From positions 9,672,001 through 9,736,000 of the forward strand of contig NC_081331.1 of assembly GCF_022539665.2 (NCBI RefSeq): 64,000 bases of DNA. Reading direction: 5' to 3'. This DNA comes from Daphnia carinata. Its lineage: Eukaryota. The position numbers were made by a program, and so were the translations under genes. The stretch's first letter is position 1. Every line of letters starts with the position of its first letter. This document shows positions 36,613 through 53,706 of this stretch, piece by piece. Below the pieces are notes generated by a model, which did not search any database, was not told where the DNA came from, and saw only the letters and a list, made by a program, of their open reading frames with translations.

Positions 36613-37965
36613 ATGTTTTGCGGCTTTATACGGACGCATTGCTACAAAGTAGCGATCGCAGCTTTGGCCGCACTAGTGTTTTTGGAGTACGGTTTCGGCG
36701 TTTTCTACGACGAACGTGGAAGAATCAACGAAGCCTATTTCACCTTCAATCTAACAGCTCCGCGGTTATGGGGCGGTTTGCAAAATAGCTCCGACGTCAG
36801 CTACTCTGCCACGTCCAATATGACATTGATCGCTCTACAGAGTAGTAACAGTAGCGATCCCTATCAACTCGACCTGTTAGTCGACTCGCTCAATTTCACG
36901 GGAAAGCCTTTAATGTGTCCTCTAGTTTCACCGTTACTTGGTAAGTTTTCTTTTTCATCATTCCCAAGTCGTACTTGTCCAGAAACTGTTTCAATCCAGT
37001 TTTTACTTTCCAATATCATAATTTTTTGTAAAGTTTAGTTGCAGTGCTATTATAATGTGCATTCAATTTCAAGTGGGACGTACGAACGTGTCTAAAATTG
37101 CAATGCCCATGGAGGCATTCCAAGAAAAGTACAGCCCATTATTAGGGCCCGGAGGAAGGTATCGTCCACCCGATTGTCATGCCCATTACAAAGTGGCTAT
37201 AATCATCCCTTATCGCAAGCGCGAGGAGCACCTCCAATTATTTATTCAACACATGCATCCGTTCCTTCAACGACAACAAATCGATTATGGCATTTTTGTT
37301 GTCGAGCAGTCAGGTACAAAAATTCACAATTCAATAAACATGGCCGCCGTCTAAAATTTTGGATTTCATAGGCGACACGCCCTTTAATCGAGCCATGTTG
37401 ATGAATATCGGAGCTGCCGAAGCTTTGCGTCAAGACGAGTTCCAGTGTTTTGTGTTCCATGATGTCGATCTCTTACCAGAAGATGACCGTAATACATACT
37501 CTTGTCCGGAACAACCACGTCACATGTCCGTCGCCATCGATGTTTTCAAATACCGGTATAAACAAATTGTGCAACATACCAGTTAATTCTTCGGATTCAA
37601 TCGTTTTATTTTCCAGGTTACCTTATGAAGGATTGTTTGGAGGGGTGAGCGCCATGACGACGGAACACTTTATTAAAGTCAACGGGTTCTCCAATTTATT
37701 TTGGGGTTGGGGTGGCGAGGACGATGATATGTCCAGCCGGATCAAATACCATAAACTGATCATTTCGCGCTATCCGCCCAGCACGGCGCGCTACACGATG
37801 CTCTCGCACAAGAAAGCCCGGCCCAACCCAAACCGCTATCGAGTCATGCGCAACGGAGCGAGACGTTCCAAAGTCGACGGTCTGAGTAACTTAAAGTACA
37901 AGCGCATTGAACTGGAGATGAAACCGCTTTATATCCACATCCTTGTGAGCATCAAACCGTCTTAA
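36613..37965 (+). CDS. GT7 beta-1,4-N-acetylgalactosaminyl/galactosyltransferase (bre-4 / beta4GalNAcT-like)
   Basis: Type II anchor plus VAIIIPYR, FNRAMLMN, FHDVDLLPE, FGGVSA and WGWGGEDDD. Exons 36613-36940, 37074-37313, 37372-37555, 37617-37965. Confidence 0.95.
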
Positions 37966-38810
37966 CAGTCTCCATTGCAAAAAACGTTTCAAGGCCCAAA
38001 AACAAAGAACAACTTTACGTCTTTCTCGCGTACTTTCATTGACCTAATCTGGATTAGTATTCCTACAGAGACTGAAGATATCCTCCTTTTGCAATCTATA
38101 GCATTCACAAGCTCTAAAGTTGATCCGAAAGTGTGCCCCACATATAATTCGAAATTCCTCCGTGTTATCATTTTGAACTAGATGAAACTTGTACAGTTTT
38201 GCTCTACGCCATTGACACGTTTTAGATTTAAAAAAAAATATATACCATGATCGGTATGTGTAAAGAAGATGCCAGTTGTAGACCTAGTCGTTCTCCAGTC
38301 TTTATTATGTTTTGTTCCCAATTTTTTCCCTCACCGGTTGAACCTCTTGTCTTGTTCTATTGATAATGTAGTGTGATGAAACAGTCATGTAACTACTTAA
38401 ATTATACGCTGATAAATGATTAAATAATTACGATCATCTTGAAAAGTCATTATCAATGTAAGAAAACATAAGATGTTAAAGCCGTAGATAACAAATTAAG
38501 CTTAGTGACGTAAGAGTAATTTTCGTCATGATTTCTCGTGAAAACGAATGAGGAAAAAATTTAGACGAAATAATGAGGCTGGTTTTTAAATATAAATATG
38601 TATTTGTCCTTCACCGTAAATTCGCACTCACATAGAATTCTTTATGGACCAAGATTACATTCGGTGTTCAGGGAATGCGGGCAGACTTGTGTGTATGGCT
38701 TTGGCAATTACGAACGAGGAAAGGTGGACAAAGAACTGTAAATTGAATAATGGACATGATCAACAAACCAGTTTTTAAAACAGAAACGTCTTTTAAAATG
38801 GGCAGCAGAT

Positions 38811-40623
38811 CTAATAGCGATGACTGATTCCTGGTCTAGAAATCAGGACTCGCTTTTCGTATACAGGGGCAGGTGCCTCAGTTACTGGGACGGAAATTTT
38901 GTACACGGGAGGTTCGTACACCAATGCAGGTGCGTTGTACACCGGGGCAGGGGGTTGATAGACTGGAGCAGGGGGTTGGTAGACTGGGGCTGGGGCTTCG
39001 TAAACTAGGGCAGGGACATCGTAAACTAGGGCAGGGGCTTCATAGACTGGGGCAGGGGCTTGGTAGACTGGGGTTGTGGTTTCATAAACTGGGGCAAGGG
39101 TTGTGTAAATGGGAGTTGGGGCTTCATAAACGGGGGCGTCGTAACTCTTTCCAGGAGCACCAACGGGTCCTTGAGGTCCTTGAGGTCCCTGGTAGCCAGG
39201 AGCACCGGGTTTACCTTGTGGTCCAACTGGTCCAACGGGTCCAGCTGGTCCTTGACCACCAGGGTAACCTGGAGCTCCTACTTTACCTTGGGGTCCGACA
39301 GGGCCGACAGGGCCTACAGGACCAGCTGGTCCAGGGGCACCAGTGTATCCAGGAGCGCCACGTTTACCTTCCGGTCCGGCGGGGCCTGGGCCGCCTGGGT
39401 AACCAGGAGTTCCAGCAGGGCCTGGGAGTCCGTCTTTGCCTGGTCTTCCTTGTTCTCCTGGTGGGCCGGCTAAAATTAATTGCATTAAATTATTTTGTCC
39501 AGGTGTTCATGAAAAATTCAGTTGAACGTTACCTGTGTATGAAGGAGTGCCGGGATATCCGTCTTTACCAGGGGCACCAGGAGCGCCAGGTAGACCATCT
39601 TTGCCTGGAGCACCATTGTAACCAGGGGGGCCAGCAGGTCCTTGAGTTCCAGGAGGTCCGGGTACTTTGCTATCCGCTCCGGGATATCCATCTTTGCCGG
39701 GGGCACCGGGAGCGCCATTAGCTCCGGCTTCGCCTTTAGGGCCAGGAGCACCAGGAGAACCATTTGCGCCAGGTTTGCCAGCAGGTCCCCCATAACCAAC
39801 AGGTCCAACTGGGCCTGCGGGTCCAGGACCACCAGGATAGCCTGTAGCTCCATCTTTGCCAGGGAGACCTGGTGGGCCGGGAGGACCAGGGATTTTGGAT
39901 GGAAGTGCGTAGCCTGGTGGGCCAGCTTCACCTTTGGGACCAGCGGGGCCAGGACCTCCGGGATAACCATCTTTTCCAGGGGCTCCTGGAGCACCGGGAA
40001 GTCCATCTGCGCCATTGTAACCAGAGTCTCCTCTTTCGCCTTTAGCTCCTGATTTACCAGGAGCTCCGGCAGCTCCATTGTATCCTGGTGCTCCCTTCTC
40101 TCCGGGATAGCCAGGTGATCCAGGTTTTCCAGCTGGACCTTGTGGTCCAGGTGCACCAGTGTAACCCGGAGCTCCAGGAGCTCCAGTGTCTCCTTTTTCT
40201 CCAGCTGGTCCTGGCGCGCCAGGTGCTCCAGGAGGGCCAGGAATGGCCTTTGGTTGAGCATAATCGCTGGATTCATATGATACAGTTCCAGGAGGACCTG
40301 CAGGTCCCTCTGGTCCAACAGGTCCAGCAGGTCCTTTGAGCCAGGGAAGGTAGTCATAAAAACGTGCCCACTGTCTTTCCAACTCTTCAATTGTTGAATA
40401 TTCTTCAGCAGGGTAACCCTTTGGAGATCCGTACGGGTTCAAAGTGGCCCATTGTTCCCTGGTGATCGAAGCTTGTTGCTGACGATATTGTGGTGCTGTA
40501 TAAACTGTAGCCACTAAAAGTGGCAACACGATCTATGTGCCCAAACAGAAATTAATTACTAGGTAAGTATTTTTTGGGGCTGATAAATGATTATTCTATT
40601 AGTAAACATACCAAAAATCGCAT
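38811..40623 (-). CDS. Secreted short collagen-like protein A with an APVYE-repeat tail
   Basis: Micro-exon MRFL (40623-40612), exon 40532-39533 (signal peptide, [14 protein letters not shown], Gly-X-Y) and exon 39469-38811. Confidence 0.92.
38860..39140 (-). repeat. 21-bp coding tandem repeat ([11 protein letters not shown] heptads)
   Basis: Translation [42 protein letters not shown]... Confidence 0.9.
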
Positions 40624-41011
40624 TGTTGCGCTCCGGGACTATGGTGGACGAGGACGACAAACGGTATCGATTGTTTACGTTCGAAAGCTCGGTGAATAAT
40701 GTAGATAATTGATCGAATAAATAAGAGACACTGTGATCTAAATTAAAAAAAGAAAAACTGGAAGAAAAAAACAAAATGGTTACACAAAAAGATTCAATAA
40801 CTGACGTGATTAATTGTTCATAAAATTAGTTCAACATATCATTTGAAACCTAACATGTTAAGCTGTACCGGATTTTGTTCTAAGCTATTAATACATCAAC
40901 AAAAAATCAATTTGTAAAGCCCTAGAGATAGTCTATTTTTCTACGCTGTAATGCGTTTAGACGGTGACTTAGTTACGTGTATCTATGTTCTTCCATTAAA
41001 GTAAAAAAATT

Positions 41012-41090
41012 ACCTTTTCCGAGATACCCGTTGCCAATTGATCTCGGGCTCAACACTGACTAGGACAGAGTGAGCTGAGCCTTTAAATAT
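41012..41090 (-). promoter_or_regulatory. Core promoter and short non-coding first exon of collagen A
   Basis: TATTTAAAG (41089-41081), Inr-like TCAGT ~25-30 bp downstream, splice donor AG/GTAA at ~41013. Confidence 0.6.
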
Positions 41091-42507
41091 CGAAAGAAAG
41101 GGGAGATTCGAGCAAAAAGAAAGTCTCCTTGGCATAAGACGTTGTTCTTGATTCGAATCAAATTCGTTACTGTTAAGACAGTCAATCACACCCTTCTCAA
41201 ACAATGTGCTGTTCCATTGGCTAACAATAAACACAGCCACATGCCAGGGATCCCGCCTCTACAGGTCGAACCGTTTTCTGCCTCATCATCTGGTAATAAG
41301 AGTGAAAGTCCACGGAGGTAGACACATGTACGTGAAAGAAAGTCAACTTTGATCTACGAGCTACGAAACAGGTTCTTTTCTATATAGAGTATTTGGAGTG
41401 GCGTGAAATAGCTGTGACCCCTTCATCTATATTTTGTTGATTGTGCATAACAATTAGCTATTCAAACGCCATTTACGTACAATGCTCATGTCATAGAAAG
41501 CTATTGCATAAATTTCTCCTTCATCGAATGCCATTAACGTATAAAAGACGTTGAGCAAATCCTATTGTTAAGTGCACATGCACTTAGAGATTCAAACAGC
41601 ATTCGACATCCAATAACTTTATTGAAAAGTCAACTGTACATTTTGATGGCCAGAATTTTACTTCGTTTCACCAAAAGTTAAATGTTTGATAGGCTGGCCT
41701 CCATTAGTGAACTCAACGTAGGCTTTTCACAATAGAACGTAAGAAACTGACCTGTCGACATTTTGCAACTACATACGATTCCCCCTAGAGCAATCAATTT
41801 GTCCTTACAAGATTGCCCCTCCCAAGATGAAAGGATTGACAAAATAGAAAGTAAACAGAGTGCAACCAATTGTACATTTACGGTTATTGTGCTACTTTTT
41901 TGCTCTTAATATGGGACATCTTTGATTCATATCACTAGAACCGGTTCTATAGCGGAATTTCTCATCCGCTATCATAATGTTTTTTTTTCTGGGTGTGTGT
42001 TTACTTTCCATAAAAACAGCTATTTACTACTGCAAAACTTTCGAATAGAAAATCTTAAAAATGAATCGCACTGAAATTCCGCGAACTTCCGAACGTAAAG
42101 GGCGGCCGTCAACAGCTAAATGCTTTATAGAGCAATTGGGTTTCGGGAATTTGAAAATCTTATGCTATTCTAAAATTCTCATTTGGGAGTCTTCCAGGTT
42201 ACGATCTAGTCGATTTGTAGAAAGGCATCATTGGCAAATAGATTAGCAATTTCTACATAGTTGTGGAGGTTCAATAAACCGGAGGATAGGAGCTTAGTAA
42301 TACAGTTGACGTACATTTCGCTTATGGTACGCAAATGAACTATTCCTTTTATAGTTTGGTTTATTTACAAATGGAGAAAACGTGGCACCAAAATGTTATG
42401 ATATATAAAGTAAACGCAAATGTCTTAATTGAATATAACTTTTAAATCCATGCATGGTATTTTAAGATAAAATTCTTTAATATCTATGAAAAAACGAGGT
42501 AGATCAT

Positions 42508-42900
42508 TTAACCATAGCTTGGTGCTGGGGGATCGTATGTTTGTTGAGAAACTGTTGGCGTGTAAGCAGGAGGCTGATAGGCTGGTGCTTCATAGACCTG
42601 TCCAGGAGAACCAGCTGGGCCAGCAGGGCCGGCAGGACCCGCGTAACCAGGAGAACCTGGCTTACCTTGAGGGCCAACAGGTCCGACAGGTCCAAGAGGG
42701 CCAGCTGGTCCTGGACCACCAGGGTAGCCAGGGCTTCCAGGTTTACCTTGAGGCCCAGCTGGGCCAAGGGGGCCTATGGGTCCAACAGGTCCTGGGCCAC
42801 CAGGGTATCCAGGAGCTCCGGGTTTACCTGAGGTCCAACCAGGAGAATCCAGGGGTTGGCATATCCATCTTTACCTGGTTTTGAGGACCAACAGGTCCGA
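42508..42900 (-). pseudogene. Orphan duplicate of the last collagen exon downstream of gene B
   Basis: Encodes ...[31 protein letters not shown] as in genes C and D, but its 5' part is deleted or scrambled and no clear acceptor is visible. Confidence 0.75.
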
Positions 42901-43076
42901 CTTTTTTATTTTGGTTATATTTCTTTCATAATATAGCAAAACAACTAATTTCATTTTAGATGGTTTATTTACAAATCGAGAAAACGTGACAAGCATGTTA
43001 TATGATATAAAAATGGTCCTGGACCACCAGCATAGAACTTTGTTTTTATATTATTTTTCTTTTCGCAGAGCAGGGA

Positions 43077-44506
43077 TTAACCATAGCCCGGTTTTTGAGA
43101 GCCTTGGGGTCCAGACCTGTGGCCAAGTGGACCTACTTGAGGACCAACAGGTCCCACAGGTCCTGGGCCACCAGGGTATCCAGGAGTTGCCTTGGGGTTT
43201 ACCTTGAGGTCCAGGTCCTGGGCCACCAGGGCCTGGTTTACCTTGAGGTCCAACGGGGCCTGGACCGCCAGGGTATCCAGGAGTTCCTGCTGGGCCAGCA
43301 TATCCATCTTTGCCTGGTTTTCCAGGAAGACCGGGGGCACCTAAACATTTGGAATATTATAAAAATGCCATTAGCTACTGAAATGAAAGGAGCTCAGGTA
43401 TTGTTTTAAAAATATACCAGTGTATCCAGGAGCGCCGGGGAGCCCATCCTTGCCTGGATAACCAGGTCCGCCGGGAAGACCATCTTTTCCTGGGGCGCCA
43501 TTGTAGCCATTAGGGCCAACAGGCCCTTGGGGTCCGGGGGAGCCAGGGATCTTGCTAGGTGCACCAGGATATCCATCCTTGCCAGGAGCTCCAGCGTAAC
43601 CAGGTGTTCCAGCGTCACCTTTAGGTCCGGGTCCACCAGGATATCCATTTGTACCAGGTTTGCCGGGAGGTCCTTGGAGTCCAGCAGGGCCAACGGGACC
43701 AACAGGGCCAGGGCCGCCAGGATAGCCAGGAGCACCATCCTTACCAGGGTAGCCAGGTGTGCCAGGAGGACCAGGAATCTTGGATGGGATGGTGTATCCT
43801 GGTGGGCCGGCTTCACCTTTAAGGCCTGCAGGTCCTGGAGCTCCACTGTATCCGTCTTTGCCAGAGAGTCCGGGACCACCAGGAAGGCCAGGTGCACCAT
43901 TGTAGCCAGGTGTACCCTTTTCTCCGTTATAACCTGGTTTACCAGGAGCTCCAGGAGCACCATTGTAACCTGGAGTTCCTTTTTCACCAGGATAACCTGG
44001 AGTTCCCGGTTTTCCAGGTGGACCTTGCGGACCAGGTCCACCAGGATAACCGGGAGTACCTGGAAGACCTGCATCTCCCTTATACCCAGCAGGCCCTGGA
44101 GGTCCTGGAGGACCTGGTGGGCCAGGAATGACTTGAGGTTGTGCGTAAGAACTAGCCCCGTAGCCACCACCGGAAGAAGATCCGGAAGATCCAGGTTGAC
44201 CTGGTGGTCCTGGTGGACCCGGAGGTCCCTTCAACCAAGGGAGATATTCATAGAAATTTTCCCATTGCTTCTGAATGTCGTAAGTTGCTTCTGATCCGTA
44301 AGGGTTAAGTGAAGACCACTGATCTTTCGTTATGGAAACAGTTTCTCCAGATGCTGGTGGTTGTCCGTATTGGGGTGCAGCCAATACGCTTGCCAACAAG
44401 AGTGAAAGGAATACCTGTTAGGCATTAAATGAAAACCAACACCTTAGTACACAGTGGTTCATTCAGAAAACGGTCAGCAAATCGGAATACTTACCAATGC
44501 CCTCAT
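43077..44506 (-). CDS. Collagen-like protein B; last exon internally deleted/frameshifted
   Basis: MRAL micro-exon 44506-44495 and intact exon 44414-43418. Exon 43340-43077 is a patchwork relative to gene C. Confidence 0.75.
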
Positions 44507-44903
44507 AGCTAATTTGTGGTTATGTACGTCGTGATATTGATTGAAACGTGAGTACTGCGTCCTGTGGAACGAAATAATCATTTTGGTTTAAAGGGTGCGG
44601 TACAGTTAATGTGGGCTTACGAGAGCTATATGGAGTTTTACGAAACAGGCATCCAACAGAATAATGTGTTCACTGTTTTGTTCATATTTATAGCGTTTAA
44701 ATTAATTCGATAAAGGATGTCTATATAAAACCATCAAACGGAATGAATTTAGCGGTGGACTACATTCAAAAATAGTTGATTTTTGGCTTCTATTTGGAAC
44801 TTTGAATGTTGTTGATGTAGGAAATGGGAAACGAATTTCTTTTTGATGTTCAAGAACATTTTCCTTCATCGGTGTGTTACTAACTGATATATCCGATCAA
44901 TTC

Positions 44904-45152
44904 TTACCTCTTTCTGGAATTGCTCTTTCCTGCAGAGGCTTCAGCTCCACACTGAATTTTGAACATGAAAGCGTGTTCTTTAAATAGAGCGCAGAAGAGT
45001 AACTCATGTAGTTGAAAAAGGAGATCGTAGGTGGCTTTTCTAAATGGCGCAAAAGTGGTCTCTGCTATAACGCGTCGGATTGGCTGGTATTTCATTGGGC
45101 CAGCCGGACGAACGGAGGGTCTTCACGCTGGAATATTCACGTAAAAGGGAAA
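44904..45152 (-). promoter_or_regulatory. Promoter and 5' UTR exon of collagen B
   Basis: TATTTAAAG (44986-44978), Inr TCAGT (~44955), donor at ~44907, CCAAT at ~45079, CGTAAAAGGGAAA at 45140. Confidence 0.65.
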
Positions 45153-46344
45153 CCTCTCTTTGCCTTTGGGGAGGAAAAGAGAAAGACATTTCATGGCTGG
45201 TTTTCCTTTTTACCTTCATTCAAATAGAAACATTATAAAATTCAATAGATTTTTACTTTTATTGCTACCAATTTAAACTCATGTAGAAAACGAAGGCACT
45301 ATTTTTATTGCATTCCAACCGGGTCAAGTGCAAATCGACATAAACTGATGGTGATTAAAGGTTTAAAGAAATATGTTTGTTATTCAATTCTTTGGTGAAA
45401 CCTTTGACATTATAGATACAATAATTCAGGCCACGTATTCATACATTTCCGGAAACAATAAATTCTTAAGATATTGTGGCTGACGTAAACGACACTCAAA
45501 CTGAATACTATCAGGTCGTTGCCTCTTATTTCCAAAGATCATATAAGCCGATATGAGGTACACCAAAGAGCTATAGTTCAAGTCAACTTCTTACGTTGTT
45601 ATTTGCTGTGCTTAACAATATTAGCCATTTTGTTGATTTAAATGCATCAACTTCCGACCGAAAACCTTCCTGTCGTGGAAACTAAACGCCGGACAATAAA
45701 ATTTGCAAGGCATTATGGGAAGAGAATCATTCGGCACGCACATAGCGACACATGCCAAAATATGTTGTCTTGTTGAAAATGGTAAAGTAGGCTTGCAGGT
45801 CAACCCACCTCTTTGGATTTGCGGATATGTTCTATAATTTTGATAAGAGTTGTCTACAGCACTTTTTCTTGCGCCGCTTTTAGTTCCAAATTCCGTTAAA
45901 TGGTGTCAAATACACAAGTTTTTGCTTAAGAGTCATGAAGTTGGTACCGGTTTCATAACTGTAAGCTCTAAATTTTCATATTAGTCTAAGAATGAAACAT
46001 GGTCATGGCACATGAGCCAACAGAATTGATGTTGTTTTGCGTGTCCCTCATAATCCGTCATAACATTGTCCCTTTATCAGAGCCCATTTTAAGCCCTTTA
46101 TTTTTTATTTCGTTAGCCAAGTTAGCTGCTTTTTTATTTTGAAGTTATATTTCTTTCATAATATAGCAAAACAACTAATTTCATTTTACGGTATGGTTTA
46201 TTTACAAATCGAGAAAACGTGACACCAGCATGTTATATGATATAAAAATCAGTGCGGACTTCCTTAATGGATCAGAGTATTCATCCAAGCATAGAACTTT
46301 GTTTTTATATTATTTTTCTTTTCGCTCAGAGCGAGGTAAGATAA

Positions 46345-47929
<1,585 letters not shown>

Positions 47930-48326
47930 AGCTAATTTGTGGTTATGTACGTCGTGATATTAATTGAAACTTGTGTACTGCGTCCTGTGGAACGAAATAA
48001 TCATTTTGGTTTTAAAGATGCGGTACAGTTAATGTGGGCTTACGAGAGCTATGTGGAGTTTTACGAAACAGGCATCCAACAGAATAATGTGTTCACTGTT
48101 TTGTTCATATTGATAGCGTTTAAATTAATTCGATAAAGGATGTCTATATAAAACCATCAAACGAAATGAATTTAGCGGTGGACTACATTAAAAAACAGTT
48201 GATTTTTGGCTTCTGTTTGGAACTTTGAATGTTGTTAATGTAGGAAATGGTAAATGAGTTTCTTTTTGAGATTCAAGAACATTTTTCTTTATCAGTCCGT
48301 TACCAACTGATATATCCGATTAATTC

Positions 48327-48574
48327 TTACCTCTTTCTGGAATTGCTCTTTCCTGAAGAGGCTTCAGCTCCACACTGACTTTAGAACATGAAAGCGTGTT
48401 CTTTAAATAGTGCGCAGAAGAGTAACTCATGTAGTTGAAAAGGAGATCGTAGGCGGCTTTTCTAAATGACGTAAAAGTGGTCTCTGCTGCAACGCGTCGG
48501 ATTGGCTGGTATTTCATTGGGCCAGCCGGACGAACGGAGGGTCTTCACGCTGGAATATTCACGTAAAAGGGAAA
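48327..48574 (-). promoter_or_regulatory. Promoter and 5' UTR exon of collagen C
   Basis: Same motif order: TATA 48401-48409, CCAAT ~48501, CGTAAAAGGGAAA at 48562. Confidence 0.65.
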
Positions 48575-49728
48575 CCTCTCTTTGCCTTTGGGGAGGAAAA
48601 GAGAAAGACATTTCATGGCTGGTTTTCCTTTTTACCTTCGTTCGAATAGAAACATTATAAAATTCAATAGATTTTTACTTTTATTGCTACAAATTTAAAC
48701 TCACGCAGAAAACGAAGGCACTATTTATATTGCATTCCTACCGGGTCAAGTGCAAATCGATATAAACTGATGATGATTAAAGGTTTAAAGAAATATAATT
48801 GTTATTCAATTCCTTTGAGAAAACTTTGACATTACCGACACAATAATTCAGGCCACGCTTTCATACATTTTCGTAAACAATAAATTCTTTAAGAATATTG
48901 CGACGTAATTGATTCTCAAACTAAATACTTTCGACTATTCCAAAATCGTATAAGCCGAGGGGTATATGAGGCACACCAAAGAGCTATAGTTCAAGTCAAC
49001 TTCTTACATTGTTATTTGCTGTGCTTAATAATATTAGCCATCCTGTTAATTTAAATGTATCAACTTCCTACTGAAAACGTTACTATCGTGGAACTTAAAC
49101 GCCGTACAATAAAATTCGCAAGGCATTATGGGAAGAGAATCATTCGGCACGCACGTAGCGACACATGCCAAAATATGTTGACTTGTTGAAAATGGTAAAG
49201 TAGGCTTGCAGGTCAACCCACCTCTTTGGATTTGCGGATATGTTCTATAATTTTGATAAGGGTTGTCTATAGCACTTTTTCTTGCGTCGCTTGCCGTTCC
49301 AAATTCCTTTAAATGGTGTCAAATACACAAGTTTTGCTTAAGAGCCACAATGTTGGTACTGGTTTCATAACTGTTAGCTCCAAATTGGTCCAAGAATAAA
49401 ACATAGTCATGGCACATGAGCCAAATGATATTGTTTTGTTTGTAAAACATTGTCCCTTTATCAGAGCCCATTTGAAGCCCTTTATTTTTTATTTCATTAG
49501 TCCAATTAGCTGCTTTTTTATTTTTATGTTATATTTCTTTCGTAGTATAGCAAAACAAGCTTTTCCTTTTTACGGTATGGTTTATTTACAAATCGAGAAA
49601 ACGTGGCACCAACATGTTATATGATATAAAAATCAATGCGGACTTCCTTAATGGATCAGAGTATTCATCCAAGCATAGAATTTTGTTTATATATTATTTT
49701 TCTTGTCGCTTAGAGCATGGTAAGATAA

Positions 49729-51315
<1,587 letters not shown>

Positions 51316-51722
51316 GGCTAGTTGTTTTTAGAGCACGTCGAAATGTTGAATGAAACGCGGGTACTGTGTCCTTTACACGGAAAAAAAATTTTAAGCGTTT
51401 AAAAAGGAAAGTTAATTGCATCCAACCGGCACGTCCACGAGGCCTTTACAGATTCTCTCGCGACAACTGTTTAACGTAACAAATGTGCTCACCATTCTTT
51501 TCACATTTATAGCGTTCAAAACAATTTGTACCGATCGTCTTCACGATAATTTCATGAACAATTCTGGAGCGGTAAATGACATTTTTAAAAAACGTTGACT
51601 CTTGTCTTCCGTTTTTTCAATTTTCAAATTTGCTTATGTAAGAAGTGGAAATTCCATTTTTGTTGTTGAAAAACATGTTTTTATTTGCACGAGTCCGATA
51701 CTAAAGGCCGTGCGATAAATGC

Positions 51723-51983
51723 TTACCTCTATATGGAATTGCTCTTTCCCGAAGGGGCTTCAGCACAACACTGACTTTGGACAGGAAAGCGAGTTCTTTA
51801 AATAGTGCGCAGAAGAGTAGCACATGTAGTTGAAAACAGAGATCGTAGGTGGCTTTTGTCGAAATGACGTAAATGCGGTATCTTGCTACGAAGCGCTGGA
51901 TTGGCTAGTTTTTTTTTCTTTCGTGTTAGACCAACCGGACGGAAAGAGTCTCTCCACGCCGGAATATTCACGTAAAAGGGAAA
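51723..51983 (-). promoter_or_regulatory. Promoter and 5' UTR exon of collagen D
   Basis: TATA 51796-51804, CCAAT ~51900, CGTAAAAGGGAAA at 51971. Confidence 0.65.
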
Positions 51984-53284
51984 CTTCTCTTTGCCTTGGG
52001 GGAGAAAAAGAGAAAGACATTGCTGTTTTTCTTGTTACCTTCGTCCAACTTGTAACATTATAAGATCGAGTAGATTTCTTCGATGTCAACGACAGCTTAA
52101 AATTGGACCATATTTAAACTATATTTGGTGCAATAGTTATAAATTTGCGAATTTCCTACCGAAAACGTTTCTTTAAAAAAATACTAGCGGAACTCTTGCA
52201 CCTCAATCTTCATCCCAATTAGCAAGGAAAATGATTTAGAATCGTAGAAACCAAACCTCCTTTTTTTATTTTTAGCGTGTCTTGGAAATAGATTTTCTGT
52301 TAGGGCTTGTTTTACGGAGCAAATTTATTATTTCAAGTTGTTTCAATTTAACCTAGAAATCGCGAGAGCGTTACCAAGAAACGTATAGTGGGTCCTGCTT
52401 GTCATCTCTACGGAACATGGAATTTTATCGCTGGAGAGTAGCTGGAGTGCGCTAAACATTATGGGAAGAAAGTCAGTTGGCACCAGCAGCGACACATGTT
52501 GAAAATTTTGCTGACCACTTTCAAATGTCAAAATGGACTTGCAGGCCAAAGCCATCGTCGACACAAATAGCATAAAGCTTTGGTTTCTATTTAATCGTTC
52601 CGACGTATCTGTGAATCTATCCTTGTTTAGATGACAATGAACTGGACTATAAATGTCACATGACTTAGACTTAGCCTCGTGCGTGTAAAGCGATTGCACC
52701 AAAAGCAATTTGAATGCGTTTTGTTCAAAAATTACACAGTTAAGGCAAAAACTAATTTTTTTTTCGGAATCAGCGTTTCATTTTGATTATGAAAAGTGAG
52801 TTTCACCAACTTCCCAATCAAAATTTTAAGCCCGAGATTTCGTTTGAAAAAGTCGGCCTTAAAAAACAAACCCGACAAAATAAGCCCGACAAAATAAGCC
52901 CGACTTTTTATTTTTTTTATTTTGTTTTTAGAAACCTTGATGTAGCTACAAACTTAGGTGTTTTAGGTATTAAATTGAACGAGAATCATAGAAATAAATT
53001 TTATTTTCATGTAGGATTGGTAGTCCTTGAGTTATTTGAATTTAAAGTGGTGTTGACCCACCCCCAAAAATACATCAATAAACACCAGCTAAAAAGCTTT
53101 GTTTCAACAGGATGCAAATTTGCATTAACTACACTAGTATATCTTGTGGGAGGACATAAAAATTCGTTAAAAGGTAATTAATTAATGTGTTTTTAAAAAA
53201 CAGGACGTAAAATTCGTTTTAATACATGTTTTTATTACGATTTGAGTGGCAAACAATTCACATCGGATTTTAAACTCATGCTCC

Positions 53285-53706
53285 CTAATGTTTACTACGC
53301 CGGTTAGTAAGAGGAGTAGCACGGGAATTAAGAAGCAGACCCCTGTGCTCTTTAGGTAGCGTAGCCGATTCTAAAGCGTATGCCGACGTGGGATCGTTGT
53401 TTGAAATCATCGGAGCGGCCATAGCATCTGACACAGTCATCGGTGACGCAATGTGTTGCAAGATTGGGGCCACGGCAACGTAAGCATGCCCTTCAATGGT
53501 TGAGTAGGCGAAATTTCCCCCTAAACGGTCAGATCTGATAACAGCACTGTCCCGACTTGGGACTCTGACCGCGTGAGTGAAAGCGCTCAATAACGGAGTA
53601 CCACTAATGACGGCCACGCAACATGCAAAAATTATCACCTGTAAGATAAGCAATTAGATGTTTGATCATTGTTTAAATAGTTTTAGGGTTGACTTACGAT
53701 TTTCAT
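53285..53706 (-). CDS. Small secreted cuticular-protein-like gene
   Basis: Micro-exon MKI (53706-53698), then an exon from 53638 with a signal peptide and DSAVIRSDRLGGNFAYSTIEGHAY, a motif I recall from arthropod cuticular proteins. TATA-like TATAAAA ~75 bp upstream. Confidence 0.7.
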
